From assembly GCA_964270895.1 (NCBI GenBank), contig OZ185436.1: a DNA stretch of 64,000 nt; one strand, 5' to 3'. The position numbers were made by a program, and so were the translations under genes. The DNA is from Podarcis filfolensis (taxonomy: Eukaryota). The first letter of the stretch is position 1, and every line of letters starts with the position of its first letter. This document shows positions 1 through 12,579 of the stretch, piece after piece. Under the pieces are notes generated by a model that was given only the letters and a program-made list of their open reading frames with translations, searched no databases and was not told the origin of the DNA.

Positions 1-309
1 TTAAAAAGAGGTATCTTATGGGGCCAGAACCAGCAACCAGATCTCTAAAAGATGTCATGAAAATACGCTAATAATAATAATGGTTCATTGTATCCACTGC
101 AGCACAAGTCCATTGAAACTGGGGATGGGACAGGATGAGGATGGGTTAGGAGGGTAGAGTTCATTTTTCTGGTTTCCAGCAATGGCTTGCTCCCTGCTCA
201 GGCCTAGAAGTCTCTCCATTATGATGTTGTACACCACCCTAATCTCCCCGTGACACTTACCCAGGGTTCGGTTTCCTTGGAGTGTGGCACAGCGGAGGCT
301 ACTTAGTAC

Positions 310-373
310 TTGGATTTTAATACATAGTTTAATTGGATTTTAATACATAGTTTAATTGGATTTTAATACATAA
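310..373 (+). repeat. 23-bp tandem repeat, about 2.8 copies
   Basis: ttggattttaatacatagtttaa at 310 and 333, partial at 356. A separate 15-bp duplication acaatggaggggttc lies at 460-489. Confidence 0.9.
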
Positions 374-3300
374 TTGGAGGCTACTTGGTACAGCAGAAGT
401 ACTTGGATCAGTGCATTTATGATATATAGTTGATTTACACTTCTATATAACCCGAGCCTACAATGGAGGGGTTCACAATGGAGGGGTTCACAGCATTGAC
501 ACCCCAAAAGGGTCTTGCTTCTCCCATAGCCGCAGCCTTGGATTGCAAGAGAAATCAGGCATCACTCTGACCCTCTGCCTTGCCAGCCTGCTGCCTTGCT
601 TCCATCTTCTAACTCACATAACTTCACTCTCAGCTCTGACCCTCATCTCACTAACTTCCAGCCAGTGGAGGGAGGAGACCCACCCATTTGCCCTCTGGTG
701 CTGAGCCACTTCTGTTCCATCGGTAGCCCAGTACCTAGTCTGTCACCTCACCAGGAAGCTAGCCTAGCTTTTCCAGGAATGAGAATCCTTGATTAGATTT
801 CAACACTTGCAGGGGCCAGGGGTTAGAAGGGCCTCAGTATACAGCCTACCTCCTTCCAAAACTCTTAACGCTATGCAACTTAGCAAACACAAGAGAGAGC
901 GCTTAACTCTGCAACAGCTGGCTGTTTCACTGGACTGCACTATATAATCTATGCCACCTTTTCCCAAGCTGAAAACACATAAAATAAATTGTGGGATTTG
1001 GGACAGTTGCAAATCAGTACTCAAAATGGTAATCAACAATTCTGAGTGTTATTACTGTCCCTCATCTCAATCTCAAAGCTCTTTGGCTCATTAAAGACTT
1101 CAATCTGTGAGTGGAAAGAGGTTGCTGTTCATTGATCTCCCTTACGGGAGTGTAATGGCTGGAGTAGGAGTGAAATGATCTGATCCAGCCTGCAGAAGAG
1201 TGTACAGCTGAACACATTGCCAATTTGCCAGCTCTATCTATGCTGATCCTTGGAGAGGCGGGTTGGAGAGGAGGCAGAGGTAGTGATGAATAGATTGAGT
1301 CCAGTGTCCCTCTTCCCCACACAAAAATTAGAGCCAGCAGGACTGGAGGAGCACTAACCATGTCGCTGGGGGGAATGGATGTGTGTATTTTTAAGCACAG
1401 CAGCACAACTTCCTGGTGCATGCAGAAATCTCTGATTCAGGCCCTGGTGCCTGGTTAGGGTGGGGTGGTGGAACCTCCATATGGCCTATAAAGAATTAAC
1501 CAGGTATAGCAGCCATATGTGATGAATGTCTCTCTCCTTATCCATCATTATTGTGATTTTTCTTAAATAATCATATTAGAGCTATTTTCATTGTGCAAAG
1601 TGCTTTCCAGTTCTTCTCCTCTGCTGTTTCTCCCAATTCATCTAATGAATAGTGGGCTTTATTTTAAAGAGATCTATGTATTAAAATGGAAAGGTTCGGT
1701 GGTTTTATATTTTGCAGATACATGCATATATGGAAATCTTTGTTTGGTTTTTATAAAATTAAACAATTATTACATAAGACATACTCTGATCCAGGCTAAG
1801 TTCTGGGGGACTAATGAAGGGACTTCAGGGTGGTGGTGATTAATGAGTACAGCTGACAGTGAAGGAGAGATTCGGGATGCAGAAAGAGCCAACACACACA
1901 GCCATTACGAGTGTTGATGAACTGAGATTCGTCTCCAGTCCTGTTGAATTCTGTACGTGGGAAGGGGAGGGGCACTATTTTGCCCTTTGCCTGAGGCAGC
2001 AAAATGATTTGGGCTAGCCCTGCTCTTCCCCTGGTGTTGAGATTCAGCATTTTCACCCCTAAAGTAAACAAAAAATTAAAAAACACAGAGATTAGAGGCA
2101 AGCAAGAAGCACCCACCTCTGGAATTAGCTGCCACTCTGAAGGCCAGGACAACTCTTCCCATAAACATCCTCACTACTCCTTGTCGGCTAAGGAAAGATG
2201 GAGACCACTTCATCAGGCCTTTCTGCAATGCACCATGCAGCATCTAACTCAAGAGCTGCAGCCTGCAAATACAATCCAAATTAGTTTGTCCACCATCAGT
2301 GAAGAAGGCCCTAAGGCAAGTTGTAGGTCTGAGCAAACATGAAAGAAAATGCTGGACATGGGGGTGGGCAGTGCTAGATAATATAGTGCTATATTAAGTG
2401 GTGTGTTTTCAGCTGATTTTGGAAAGCAGCCCTCAGAAGTAGCATGATGTAAAATATAGCAGGGTGTGTAAGCCACTTGGACTCTGCTGCCACAAAGGAC
2501 ATAGGCTGATGGCATGTTGATTAAAAACAAAACACAGCACAACACAACAACCAGAAAGATTTGTGGCACCTTGAAGAGTCTCCAATTTATTGTAGCATAA
2601 GACTCGGTGGACTAGAGCCCAGTTCATCAAACATATATTCAGATACATGGCTATAGAGAAAACAATTGTGAACAACTGGGCCAAAAGGTCATGAAATACA
2701 AGAGATCATGAGACAGAAATTCCTGATCTGAATACATAGGATTAAATTTACTCATAAATTCTAATCCAGCAATTTCACGCTGGAGTCCTCGTAAAAGTTT
2801 TTGCTGTTGTTAAATGCTGGTGATTTTCAGGTCAGCAGCAGTGTGTCCTGAGAAAATGAAATATCTTCCTACTAGCTTATGCTGCCTTTAAAAAAATATA
2901 TGTAAGCATTGTGCCCATTTATTCTTAACTGTGGGTCCTTGCTTGCTTATTTGTCCTATACAGACACTAGGAAGGCATTGTTGGCAGCTGATACCGTACC
3001 ATATTTCAAAAAGTAAAAACCAGGACACCCCAAAAGTTGTTGAGGAAACCACTGAAATTGTTGGGCTTTTTTAAAGGACCAGTTTGGGCTGGTTCCTTTG
3101 ACAAAATGTTGTGTTCAGTTGCTTTTTCTTCTGGGTCTGTCCTGTAGTAGATCACTCCAGCCTTTCCAATTTTGTCTCTTCATTCTGTGGATATTATAGT
3201 TTTTAGAACGCCTGAGGCAAATCTTTCGGATGAGATCACTGTCTGAGGAACTGAAGGGCTACAGTACAGATGATGGATGGGGAGACTGTGGCCCTCCAGA

Positions 3301-3559
3301 ATATCCTCATGGTGCGGAAACGGGAAAGGGCAACAGCAGGCAAGTAAAACTGTGCAGGCCTGGCTGGTGCTCCTGTCAGTACCACTGCCAGACAGTGAGC
3401 CTGCTTGGGGATGGGGAGGGTGGGCCAGCCCGGTCTGCCAGGAGGGCCCACTAAGGGCCCCTTTGACCCAGGCAGGGTCCTGCCACCCCGGGTCGGCCCC
3501 TGCTCGAACAACTTTTTTCAGTAAAACCAGTTCACAGGTCAGGTCAGGAGGGGGATATA

Positions 3560-4580
3560 TCCGCGCACGTGTGAACCAGCCCCGTGTGTCCTCTTCTGAC
3601 AGTAGCAGGCTCGCTATCAGCGCTCCGGCAGGCGGAGGGTTAACGCTACCCCCTCCCCCGCGGCTGAATTACTATTAACCAGCTGCCACATGGGCGGGGG
3701 CGGGGCGGGGGCCATAATAGCTGCCGGCGGCGCAGCCGAAGACACAATTGATCCGCGCAGCGCCAGCCTCTCCCCGCGAGAGTGACATCATCCCTTCCAA
3801 ACCCCAACCGGCGCTGCCATTGGCTGGCCAGGTAATTGAGAGGGGCATTTCTGCTCTCCCCCCGCCCCGCCCCTTTCCCCATGCCTACTTTGTGTGTCTC
3901 TGGCGCTGCCGCCGCCTCCTCCTCCACTCCGCCTTCCTTCGCGCCCTCCGGCCACACACGCCCAGGGCAGGCGCCGCCGCCGCCGGCAGCATCACCAGCG
4001 ACGCCCAGGCCGGCCGGCAGCATCCCCTGCACGGAGACAAAAGCCCCCCAGGGCTCCTTCGCTTGCTGGAGCGGCCGAGGAACGGTTGGCTCGGCTTCCC
4101 GGCGCGCCGCGAGCGAGCGAGCGAGGTAACAGCCGTCGAGGGGGCGCCGGGAGTTCCGGCGGCGGGCGGCCCCTGGCCGGAGCTTTGGGAACTGCGCGCG
4201 GAGCGGAGAGGGTCGGGGCGGCTCTCCTCTCCCCCCACGGCTGGGCAGGGCGGGTTGCTTCTCTTCTCTTCCCCCGGTTTCCCACGTGCTGGGGGGGTCA
4301 GCTTATTTGGGGGAAGCGGCGTGTGGGGTTCCTGTGCACATGGCGCCGGCAGGTGCAAAGCGGACCGAGCGAACAGCCCTGATCTGGGGGGGGGGGCGGG
4401 GCGGGGTGTTGGCTTTTTTGTTAGGCTGGGCAGTTTTTGAATGGATCCTCCCGGCCAAAGGGAAGACTGGGAGCTGGATCCCAGGCTCTTCTCTGGGCTT
4501 CGTGAAGCCTTCGGGGCAGAATCTGCTGTGTTAGCCTGTTAGCCCCGTCCGCTGTCCCTCTCCGACCAACTCGTCACCCT
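3560..4580. promoter_or_regulatory. CpG-island promoter of the PRR36-like gene
   Basis: Very high GC and CpG density. Three tandem GC boxes (GGGCGG) at 3692-3708 and an E-box CACGTG at 3566-3571. Lies upstream of the first coding exon. Confidence 0.8.
3860..4125 (+). other. PRR36: Probable non-coding exon 1 of PRR36-like (start approximate)
   Basis: Donor GAG|gtaaca at 4125/4126 inside the CpG island. The next strong acceptor found is at 9765/9766. TSS is not determinable. Confidence 0.5.
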
Positions 4581-5434
4581 CGGAGAGGGGAGCTGCACAC
4601 TGCATTTGCTGTACCCGTTGGTGGCTATTCTTGTTGTTGCACTTTCTCTGGGTGCAGTAAGCAGGGCATTTTTTCCTTTTTAAAAAAGGCGTGATGTGAA
4701 AGGGTTTTTTCCAGCAAGCTGATTGAAGCGAGCTAAGGCTACAAGTGCATTAAAAGCGTGGGTACTGAAAAAGCGAGGTTTATATTATATATAAACAAAC
4801 AAAAACACAAAGCCTCCATAATGTCAGGGGCCACAGGGGGAAGTGGCTCCCATCCCTAAAAAGTCTCGCATGAAACCAGGAGGGACCAATTCCTACGATG
4901 TGCAGGCCCTTTCCTTTGTTAAGGGAGGGATTTGCAGTGGTGATGAGCTACCATCTCGTATGAACACACAGCCCCACCCTGTGCTTCTTTGTGAGAGTGA
5001 ATAGGCTTTCCCTGGTATTGCTGAATGAATCCATTTAAAAGATAAAATGAAACTGAGGCTGCCTTTTTGCAGGAAAGGCAAACTGAACCAAATCTCTCTC
5101 AGCTGGTTATTGGAAGAACAAATGTCAACTATCTCACCGTTCATAGGGTCCCATGTAGTTGACAGTGGACAAAGGGGTTCCTTTCTCCCTCTCTGTCACA
5201 GTATACATGTAAAGGAGCCTGTCTCTAAAATAGAGAAAAAAAGTTTGTATTAAGGCTTTGTACGCAACAGAAATAGCCCCCCCCCCCGAATTAGCTCCTC
5301 TCTAGGAAAGAGGCTACCCTTCCAGGAAGAATCCCACAGGAAATAAAGTCAAAAAAATGGGGGTGGGGGAATCCAGGTGACCTAGTGACGTTTAGATGGA
5401 TGGCTGAGAGATGCAGAAATGGGCTAGTCTAGAG

Positions 5435-5665
5435 CATAGGTTGGCAAACTAGGGGCCAGATCCGGCCCAATCGCCTTCTAAATCCAGGCTGCGGACGGTC
5501 TGGTGTGTTTTTACGTGAGTAGAATGTGTGCTTTTATTTAAAATGCATCTCTGGGTTATTTGTGGGGCATAGGAATTCATTCATTTTTTCTAAAATATAG
5601 TCTGGCCCCCCACAAGACCTAAGGGACAGTGGACCGGCGCCCTGCTGAAAGCTTGCTGACCCCGG
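5435..5665 (+). mobile_element. hAT (Charlie-like) MITE
   Basis: Flanked by gtctagag / ctctagat (NTCTAGAN target). Homologous over its length to 58763-59020. Confidence 0.85.
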
Positions 5666-5938
5666 CTCTAGATCAAAGGCAAAGCCATTTTGGGATTGAG
5701 ATGAATGAATAAAACCCTTTAGGGCAAGGTGTATGGACCATTTGCTACTGAAAGGATGTTGCTACAGAAGTGTGCAAAGGAAGGGCAGTGCATGAACACT
5801 GAAGGATAAGGGAAATCACTGGTGAGGTAAAGTTCTTCAATTATAAGATGGAAATAAGTTTGGGGAGTATGCATCAAATCAGGTGAGTTTTTAAATGGGA
5901 GAGATGTCTGCTAATCTAATCACCTACCTATCCTTACA

Positions 5939-6292
5939 GGGACGCAGGTGGCGCTGTGGGTTAAACCACAGAGTCTAGGACTTGCCGATGAGAAGGTCAG
6001 CAGTTCGAATCCCCACGACGGGGTGACCTCCCATTGCTCAGTCCCTGCTCCTGCCAACCTAGCAGTTCAAAAGCACGTCAAAGTGCAAGTAGATAAATAG
6101 GTACTGCTCCGGCGGGAAGGTAAATGGTGTTTCCGTGCGCTGCTCTGGTTCGCCAGAAGTGGCTTAGTCATGCTGGCCTCATGACCCGGAAGCTGTACGT
6201 CGGCTCCCTTGGCCAATAAAGCGAGATGAGTGCTGTAACCCCAGAGTTGGCCATGATTGGACCTAATGGTCAGGGGTCCCTTTACCTTTACC
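5939..6292 (+). mobile_element. Sauria SINE, full length
   Basis: tRNA-like head (ggtggcgctgtgg...gttcgaatccc), typical Sauria core and (ACCTTT)n tail. Approximately 13-bp TSD acctatccttaca / acctaacctaaca. Confidence 0.88.
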
Positions 6293-7145
6293 TAACCTAA
6301 CAGGAAGTAGAAGTCATGGATGATTGTGCTGGGGGGAAGATAATGGATTGGGGTAGCTAAACAGAGGTAACTGTGTCTTTACACACTGATGCTTCTAGAT
6401 CCATCTCCCTGGTACTTACTTTGTGTAATTAAAGCAGATCGGCAAGGTTGTAGCTGGGGAATGTAATGGCCATCTCCAAAACCAGAAGAGAAATTATAGG
6501 CTTGCTAGCAGAGCTCTTCCTCCTGGAACAATAATTGGAACAAACAAAAAAACTAAAGTGAATGGGTGACTGTTGGAATGATCTAACTCTCTTGCTTTGG
6601 GGGCAGGTGTGATGGGGGTGGAGAGGCTGCAGCTCCCTTGCACTTCTTATGGCTTCAAGGAAAGAGCAGAGGGGGGAGGGTTGAGTGTCTAATGTAGCTG
6701 GAAAGTTTGAGAGAATGTGCAGCAGCATTCAAGAGCTAGAAAAGAAGCAGGTTTTCCCATGGGCCTGCCTTGGGCTCAGATGTGGACTGAAACATATGCT
6801 TTGCAGCTTTGGGTGATGCAGAATTATAAACATGCCAGGATGTTGCGGTGGGTTATAAACAACCAAACAAGATATTTGAGACAACTGAAAGGTACTCATG
6901 GTGGGCAGTAGAAGGGTGGGGGAAAAGTGTAAATACAATTTGGGGCAGGGTGTGTGTAAGAGAGATTTCAAAGAGTTCAACTGTAGCATGAACAACACTT
7001 AGCTCTGCTGGGTTTTAAAATGTCAAGTTGTATTCATTAACAAAACAATATGGAAAATAAAAATTAGAGGCTGGTTATGACTTATAAGTTAAATGGCTAG
7101 CTTCTGTGATACTCCAAGGAACTGCATATGCAGTATATGCATATA

Positions 7146-7409
7146 TAGTGGTGCCTCGCAAGACGAAATTAATTCGTTCCGCGAGTCTTTTCGTCTTGCG
7201 CGGTTTTTCGTCTTGCGAAGCACGGTCGGTCGCAACTGCACCTCTTCAAGCGGCTTTAAGAAAAAAGGAAACAAACTCGCAAGACGTTTTCGTCTTGCGA
7301 AGCAAGCCCATAGGGAAAATCGTCTTGCGAAGCAACTCAAAAAACGAAAAACTCTTTCGTCTTGCGAGTTTTTCGTCTTCTGAGGCATTCGTCTTACGAG
7401 GTACCACTG
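7146..7409. mobile_element. Tc1/mariner (Tigger-like) MITE, family A
   Basis: TIR (C/T)AGTGGT(A/G)CCTCG(C/T)AAGACG, TA TSDs, and about 8 internal TCGTCTTGCGA motifs. Confidence 0.88.
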
Positions 7410-9849
7410 TATAAGGGAATTTGGAGGGTACACACTTTCAGCAAGCAGAAAGTGAAACTGAAACTTGACCATGCAGGAGACAAGAAGGTCAGGAGAAACC
7501 AAAGTACAGTATTAAAACAAAATGACCTCTTAAGATAATAACAGGGTGGGAGGGCAAAAGTTTCCTATCAGAACTGTTTGGCAATAGCTGATATTGACTG
7601 GGAAGGTTATTTACGCGGAGAGGTGTTGTGTCAAGTGTGACTTAAGGGGTTGGTCCCATAAAGTTCATTCTTGTTGCATTGAACAAATGTGCTTTTTGCA
7701 AATATGGTGCTGTTTGTGCATCTTTCTCTCCCACATCAAACAATGGGTTAAAAGTTAACCATTCTTTTCAGCATAGGAGTGGCTAAATGTCCTGGATGTT
7801 CAGTTAGGGCTTTAAAACAACCAGCTGAATAAGCAAATATGGGTGAAGACTCTACCCATAGCTCCCTCATTGCCTTGTGCTCTAAGAGCAGAATGGAAAT
7901 GACCCTGGGAACTGCCTTCGTGATCTAATAGCTGTCAGCAGTCACTGAAGCTTTCTGCATATGGCTTCTCTAGAGTGGGCAGAAGGTAATGTGATCTGCT
8001 GGTGGACCATTGGGTGTCCTAGGATATAGGTGGAAGAGCCTCCCAAGTCAGTGGGTGACTTGAGACCTATCTAACTAAGTCAGCTCTGTCAGCTCATGGG
8101 CAGCGGGCAAAGTATTCTATGACACTTATTGCCTGGGAAGACTGTGCAGAGGCTGCCAAGGGCCAGTTAGTCTTTCACTTCCTGCACAGGAAAATAGATC
8201 ATTGGTAGTGTCAACTTTGGACCACGTGGCTTGGCAGCCGCCCCCCCTTGTCTTCTGCCCTCTCCCCTGGAGAGGAGTGCTATCATGTATTGTAGCCTCT
8301 GCAGCCACAGTTCATCACACTTCTGCCCGGGTGCAAAATTACCACTGGCAACAAGGCTTGGTTGGTCCCAAACCTGCTGTGCAAACTGCATCAGGTGCAC
8401 CCAAGGCTCTCCAGTTGCTTTCGGCTTCAGCCAGCGTGCTGTGCTGGCAGGGGCTGATTTGTTGGCGGAGGCTGCTCTCGTCAAATCAACCCAAGATTCA
8501 GTACATGGCAGTTGCATAAGGCCTTCTGCTCTTTTGTATGCTACATGCCAATCCTGGATAATCAATGTGAATAAACCTTGCATTTTAAATAGGCTCCAAG
8601 CAAGTGTGTGTAAGAGTGAGGCATTTTCTGAAACAAATTTGAATCTTCTGTTTTGCTGTTCACCTTGTCTCAGAGGCACTTCAACTTTCCCTGTAAAGTT
8701 TTGAGTCTCTCCTCAGTTTAGAGGCAGGAATTGAGCTGTCCTCAACAAATCCCTTTTTTAAAAAAACCCCAACCTCCAAAGCTAAGACATGTTTAAAATA
8801 ACTTCCTCTCTTTGGTCATACTGAAAAGGGCTTCGATAGGAGATCTAATTATCTAATAGTATGGCTCTGAGCTGCCTTGGTTTTGTGGCGTAGGATTTAT
8901 TGTTGAATATAAATTTCAGCTACAGTAGTGGTTGTAAATTTTGTAGTGATCTTTTAAATGCCTTGACAGTCCATTGGATGCCATCTGGGAAGGGTCCTCC
9001 TTTCAAGTTATACTCTGTCTTGGCCTGTCCCTGCCAGCTGCTCTTCCACTGATAAGTCAGTCGGGGAGGCACAGGGAGCAGAGCATGGTGAGGAATACCA
9101 GGTTCTCCTTCTGCTGGTGGATTTGGTTTTATTTCTCACCACATCTCCAAAGCTTGAGTGCTCTGGTTTAGATGGAACACTTTTTCTTCTTTTCTTTTTT
9201 TGCTGGGAGTGACGGAACTCTTGTTGCAAAGTAGACAGCTAAAATAGTTGCCAGCCATGGGCAAATGCTGCTCTCTGGGCGGCAATGTTCCTGATTTGTC
9301 AATTTGCTCTACAAAGGGGACTGCACAGGGGCAGAAATAGGGCCATTCTAATGAACAACACAACATTGGCCTTGTGACTCTAAGGTGGATCATAGCAACG
9401 CAACTGTTGCTTGACTGATCTGACTTACCAGTAAGACAAGGCAGCTGCCACTATGACTTTGGCATCCCTAGAAAATTAGTTTCGTACTGCGTGGATTTTC
9501 ATGCTTCTCTTTGCAGTCCACCAACGTAGAATCCACCTCTCTGAAAGCTTTTGGCAACAAGCTGCACATAGCTTCATGTGACTAGATGGCCGCATATGAA
9601 TGCTTTTGTGTATATAGTCAGTGCTGGCTTTTTGCATCCGAAGCAGCTAGGTTCAGCTTGCTGAACTAACGGGATGTGAGAGTTATCTGCAATACTACAC
9701 ACAATCCCCGCAGAGCTTCATTGGGGTGGGGTTCCACACAAAGTGTTGGTGGTCCTCTTTTTCAGGTCGCAGGTGAAAACGGAGCCCTGCACCTGGCCTA
9801 GCGGTTCAGAGAGATACAGACAGCCTGCCCAGTGCCAGTCGGTGCGAAG

Positions 9850-10270
9850 ATGGATGACAATGGCGCTGCTGGCGGAGACCCAGCTCCACGGCTGAATGGC
9901 GTGGCAACGGCCAGTAAAGGAGCCCGGGCTGCCTGTCCACCTGCAGCAAAGCAAACACCCAGCAGGAGCCCTCGGGCTCCAGTGCAGGCCCCTGGCAGGA
10001 AGCAGCCAGGAGCCGCTACAAGTCGCCCTCCTACAGTTGCTTGCGGCGCCCCCAGAATGCTCAGCAATGGAGCAGCCAGGAAGCCCCCCGTGTTGCAGAC
10101 GAAGCAGCCTGTGGCCAAGGCCAGTACTGCCACCAACTTGTCTGCTAAGGGGGCAGTGAAAAAGGTCATGGGGGACAAACCCAGCGGGCCAAAGACTTCA
10201 GAAAGGATCGGTCAGGAGAAGGAGGTGCAGCAGAAACCCACAAAAGTGGAAACGCAGGTGGCGGCTTCAG
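9850..10270 (+). CDS. PRR36: PRR36-like coding exon 1 (MDDNGAAGG...VAAS); exon begins at 9766
   Basis: Acceptor tttcag| at 9765. In-frame TAG at 9799-9801 lies upstream of ATG 9850 (AAGATGG, good Kozak). Donor CAG|gtatgg, phase 1. K/A/P-rich open frame. Confidence 0.8.
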
Positions 10271-10788
10271 GTATGGATTGCCAGCCTAACTCTTCAGCAG
10301 GGGGTTATTAAAGCTGTGCTAAGCCCCTTAAGACATTGCATGGCACCTTTGAGGTTTGTTCCTAGACATGCTTGTCTAGAGAAGGCTGTGATCTGGCCCA
10401 GGTTCCCTCAAACACAGCTTAACTCAATGGTAACTTCCTATATACCCTCCCTCTCCAAATTGGGCCAAATTTTGGGAACAACATGGAACTATGTGGCTAA
10501 CTGAAGGGTCCTTCCTCCCTGCCCCCCACCTAAAACCCCCTAGTAATGTGTGTTTTTTTCCTAGGTTTCCACTTGTATACCTTGCAAATATGTGCACAGA
10601 CCTGGCTGTGATAATCACTCACCATGTACTCAAATCTGGTAGAGCAATGAAGTTCCAGGACCCTTCCCTGTTCTGCTGGCAACTTGATAGCTCTTTCATG
10701 CTTATCCAGCTAGGGTCTTCTGATAGTTTGTTCTGTGCTTTAATCAGCTGTTTACTTAAGGCAAGTATCTTCTTTGCTCTTTCTGTAG

Positions 10789-10843
10789 CACCAAAGGCAA
10801 CTTCCACAAAAATCAAGAAACCCGAACAGACAAAGCCCCCCAG
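10789..10843 (+). CDS. PRR36: PRR36-like coding exon 2 (APKATSTKIKKPEQTKPPR)
   Basis: ttctgtag| acceptor and CAG|gtatgg donor. 55 nt, phase 1 to 2, in frame with both flanking exons. Confidence 0.78.
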
Positions 10844-11119
10844 GTATGGAACGGAGGAGCACAGGGAGCTGTGAGTCAGACCGCTGGTCCATTCACCTCA
10901 GCATTGCCAACACTGACTGGCAGCATCAGTTCAGGGTCTCAGGGAGGGGTCTTTCCCAGCCCTGCCTGGAGATGCTGGGTATGGTAACTAATACAGTACA
11001 TGCAAAGCATGTACTTCTGTCCCAGGAGCAGCCCTAGGAGGCGGGCCAGGCTAAGAGGGTGACTGACCTGAGTCCAGCACTGTCCACTGGCACCACAGTG
11101 GCTATTTGTCATCCTAGTG

Positions 11120-11250
11120 CAGGTGTGGGGAAGCTTTGGCCCTCTGGACGTTGCTGAACTACAACTCCCATCATCCCTGACCATTGGCCATGCTCGCTGG
11201 GCCTGATGGGAGTTGTAGTTCCGCAACATGGAAGGGCCCAAAGGACTCGT
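11120..11250. mobile_element. Palindromic hAT MITE (ggccctc...actacaactcccatca family)
   Basis: Long internal inverted repeat and perfect 8-bp TSD tcctagtg. Decayed relatives near 13200, 23930, 43130, 54890 and 62050. Confidence 0.85.
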
Positions 11251-12412
11251 GTCCTAGTGAGTACATGCAGCCCTGCTTCCGTGAGAAGGAAGTAAGAGAA
11301 CAGAGGTGCAGAGGACAGTGGGATGGGGGTCTGTAATGTGATGAGTGATTGGCGGGGGGGCTGCCAGCTTCTTGAACACCACCATAGCAACGACAAAAAA
11401 TGTGCACCTCCCACTCAACGATGCATCCCATAGATGACCACATGTACTGTTTTTGTGGATCTGCTGCAAGTCCTACCTCTGCAGTCTCTGAATAGACTGA
11501 TAGGGTGCACTTAGCAACAGTGCAGTACCTGAACCAACTCAACCAAAGTGTAGTTTCCATTCTGATTAAGGAAAATGTGGCCCACAATCGCCTTGTGTAC
11601 AGTGCTTCCCCCACTGCACATTGGAGCAGGCAGTTCTCTGCTAAAAGCGATGGTTACTGAAGCAGTATTTTGAACTGTGCTGGCAAGTACTGCAGAGGCT
11701 GCCTTGCCTAGAGTAAATACCAGTTTTGGTGATGTGCCACACTTTAAAAAAAAGGAATCAGTTTAATCATCTTTACTCTGCCAGCTCTTCAAAATGAGAG
11801 GCAATTAAGGCAAATCTACAGGCAGAATTTTGCCCCGTTGACTTCCTTTGGGGCAGTCTGTACAGTATACCAAAAAGAAAGCAGTGGGCAGAGAAATAGC
11901 AGTTGTAGTGGTAAATTTGCCTACTTTTAATTTGCTTTTATGCATTTCCTCTTTTAATCTTGGAAATGACTGGAGGCAAGGCCCGGAGAGTCGGGGGTGG
12001 GGATATTCTCCAGGAAGGTTCTGCGTTTCCCCAGGGCTCTGATTTGCATGTTGTAAACAAGTGGAGGAATGGGAAGCACAGCTAATTTTGTGTTTCCTCT
12101 TCCCCCCCTCCCCCGCCCCACTTGCTTTGAGGATCTGAAGCTGCTTCAGGCCGAAGGAGCGGCTAGAACGGAGGAAGTGATCTGATTTTTTAAATCTATT
12201 TTTTATAGCTTTCTCACTGGAACACTTCTCTTGACGGCTGGCATTTGTCAGGGATAACCTTGCCACTCTGGTCACAGCTAATTGCCAAAGACTTGGAAGT
12301 GCTAGCATTTGTGCCAACGCACCAGCATGCTGGCACCAATGGCCCCTGTGTGTTCGAAAGGCTTGAGCTACAGTCTCTCTCCCCTGCATAATCTTGTTGC
12401 TTTCTGTTTCAG

Positions 12413-12579
12413 AACTTGGTTGCCAGGGACCAAGAATTCAACTGCATCAGCCCTAAACAGACCACCAGCCAATAGCACCGCAGCCAACGGCAAAGGTGTG
12501 GGGAAACCTAAGCAGGCAGTGCCAGCTGCTGGTCAAGCTGTAGTAGCGCAGCAGAAAAGCAGTCCGGCTACACAAAGAG
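12413..12579 (+). CDS. PRR36: PRR36-like coding exon 3 (TWLPGTKNS...PATQR)
   Basis: tgtttcag| acceptor and GAG|gtatat donor. 167 nt, phase 2 to 1, no stops. Confidence 0.78.

Noticed and set aside
3646-4440. Multiple overlapping ORFs up to 230 aa at the PRR36 promoter
   Set aside because: CpG-island artefacts, rich in Arg/Pro/Gly/Ala, with no domain.
7089-7502. ORFs of 96-137 aa with repeated FRLA/VLRS motifs
   Set aside because: They are translations of the internal repeats of a MITE.
8167-8704. 170-aa and 157-aa ORFs in PRR36 intron 1, examined as possible BTB exons
   Set aside because: No BTB/BACK-like motif and no convincing in-phase splice sites.
11171-11614. 147-aa minus-strand ORF examined as possible C19orf67
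   Set aside because: No real similarity to the recalled C19orf67 sequence, and it partly overlaps a MITE.
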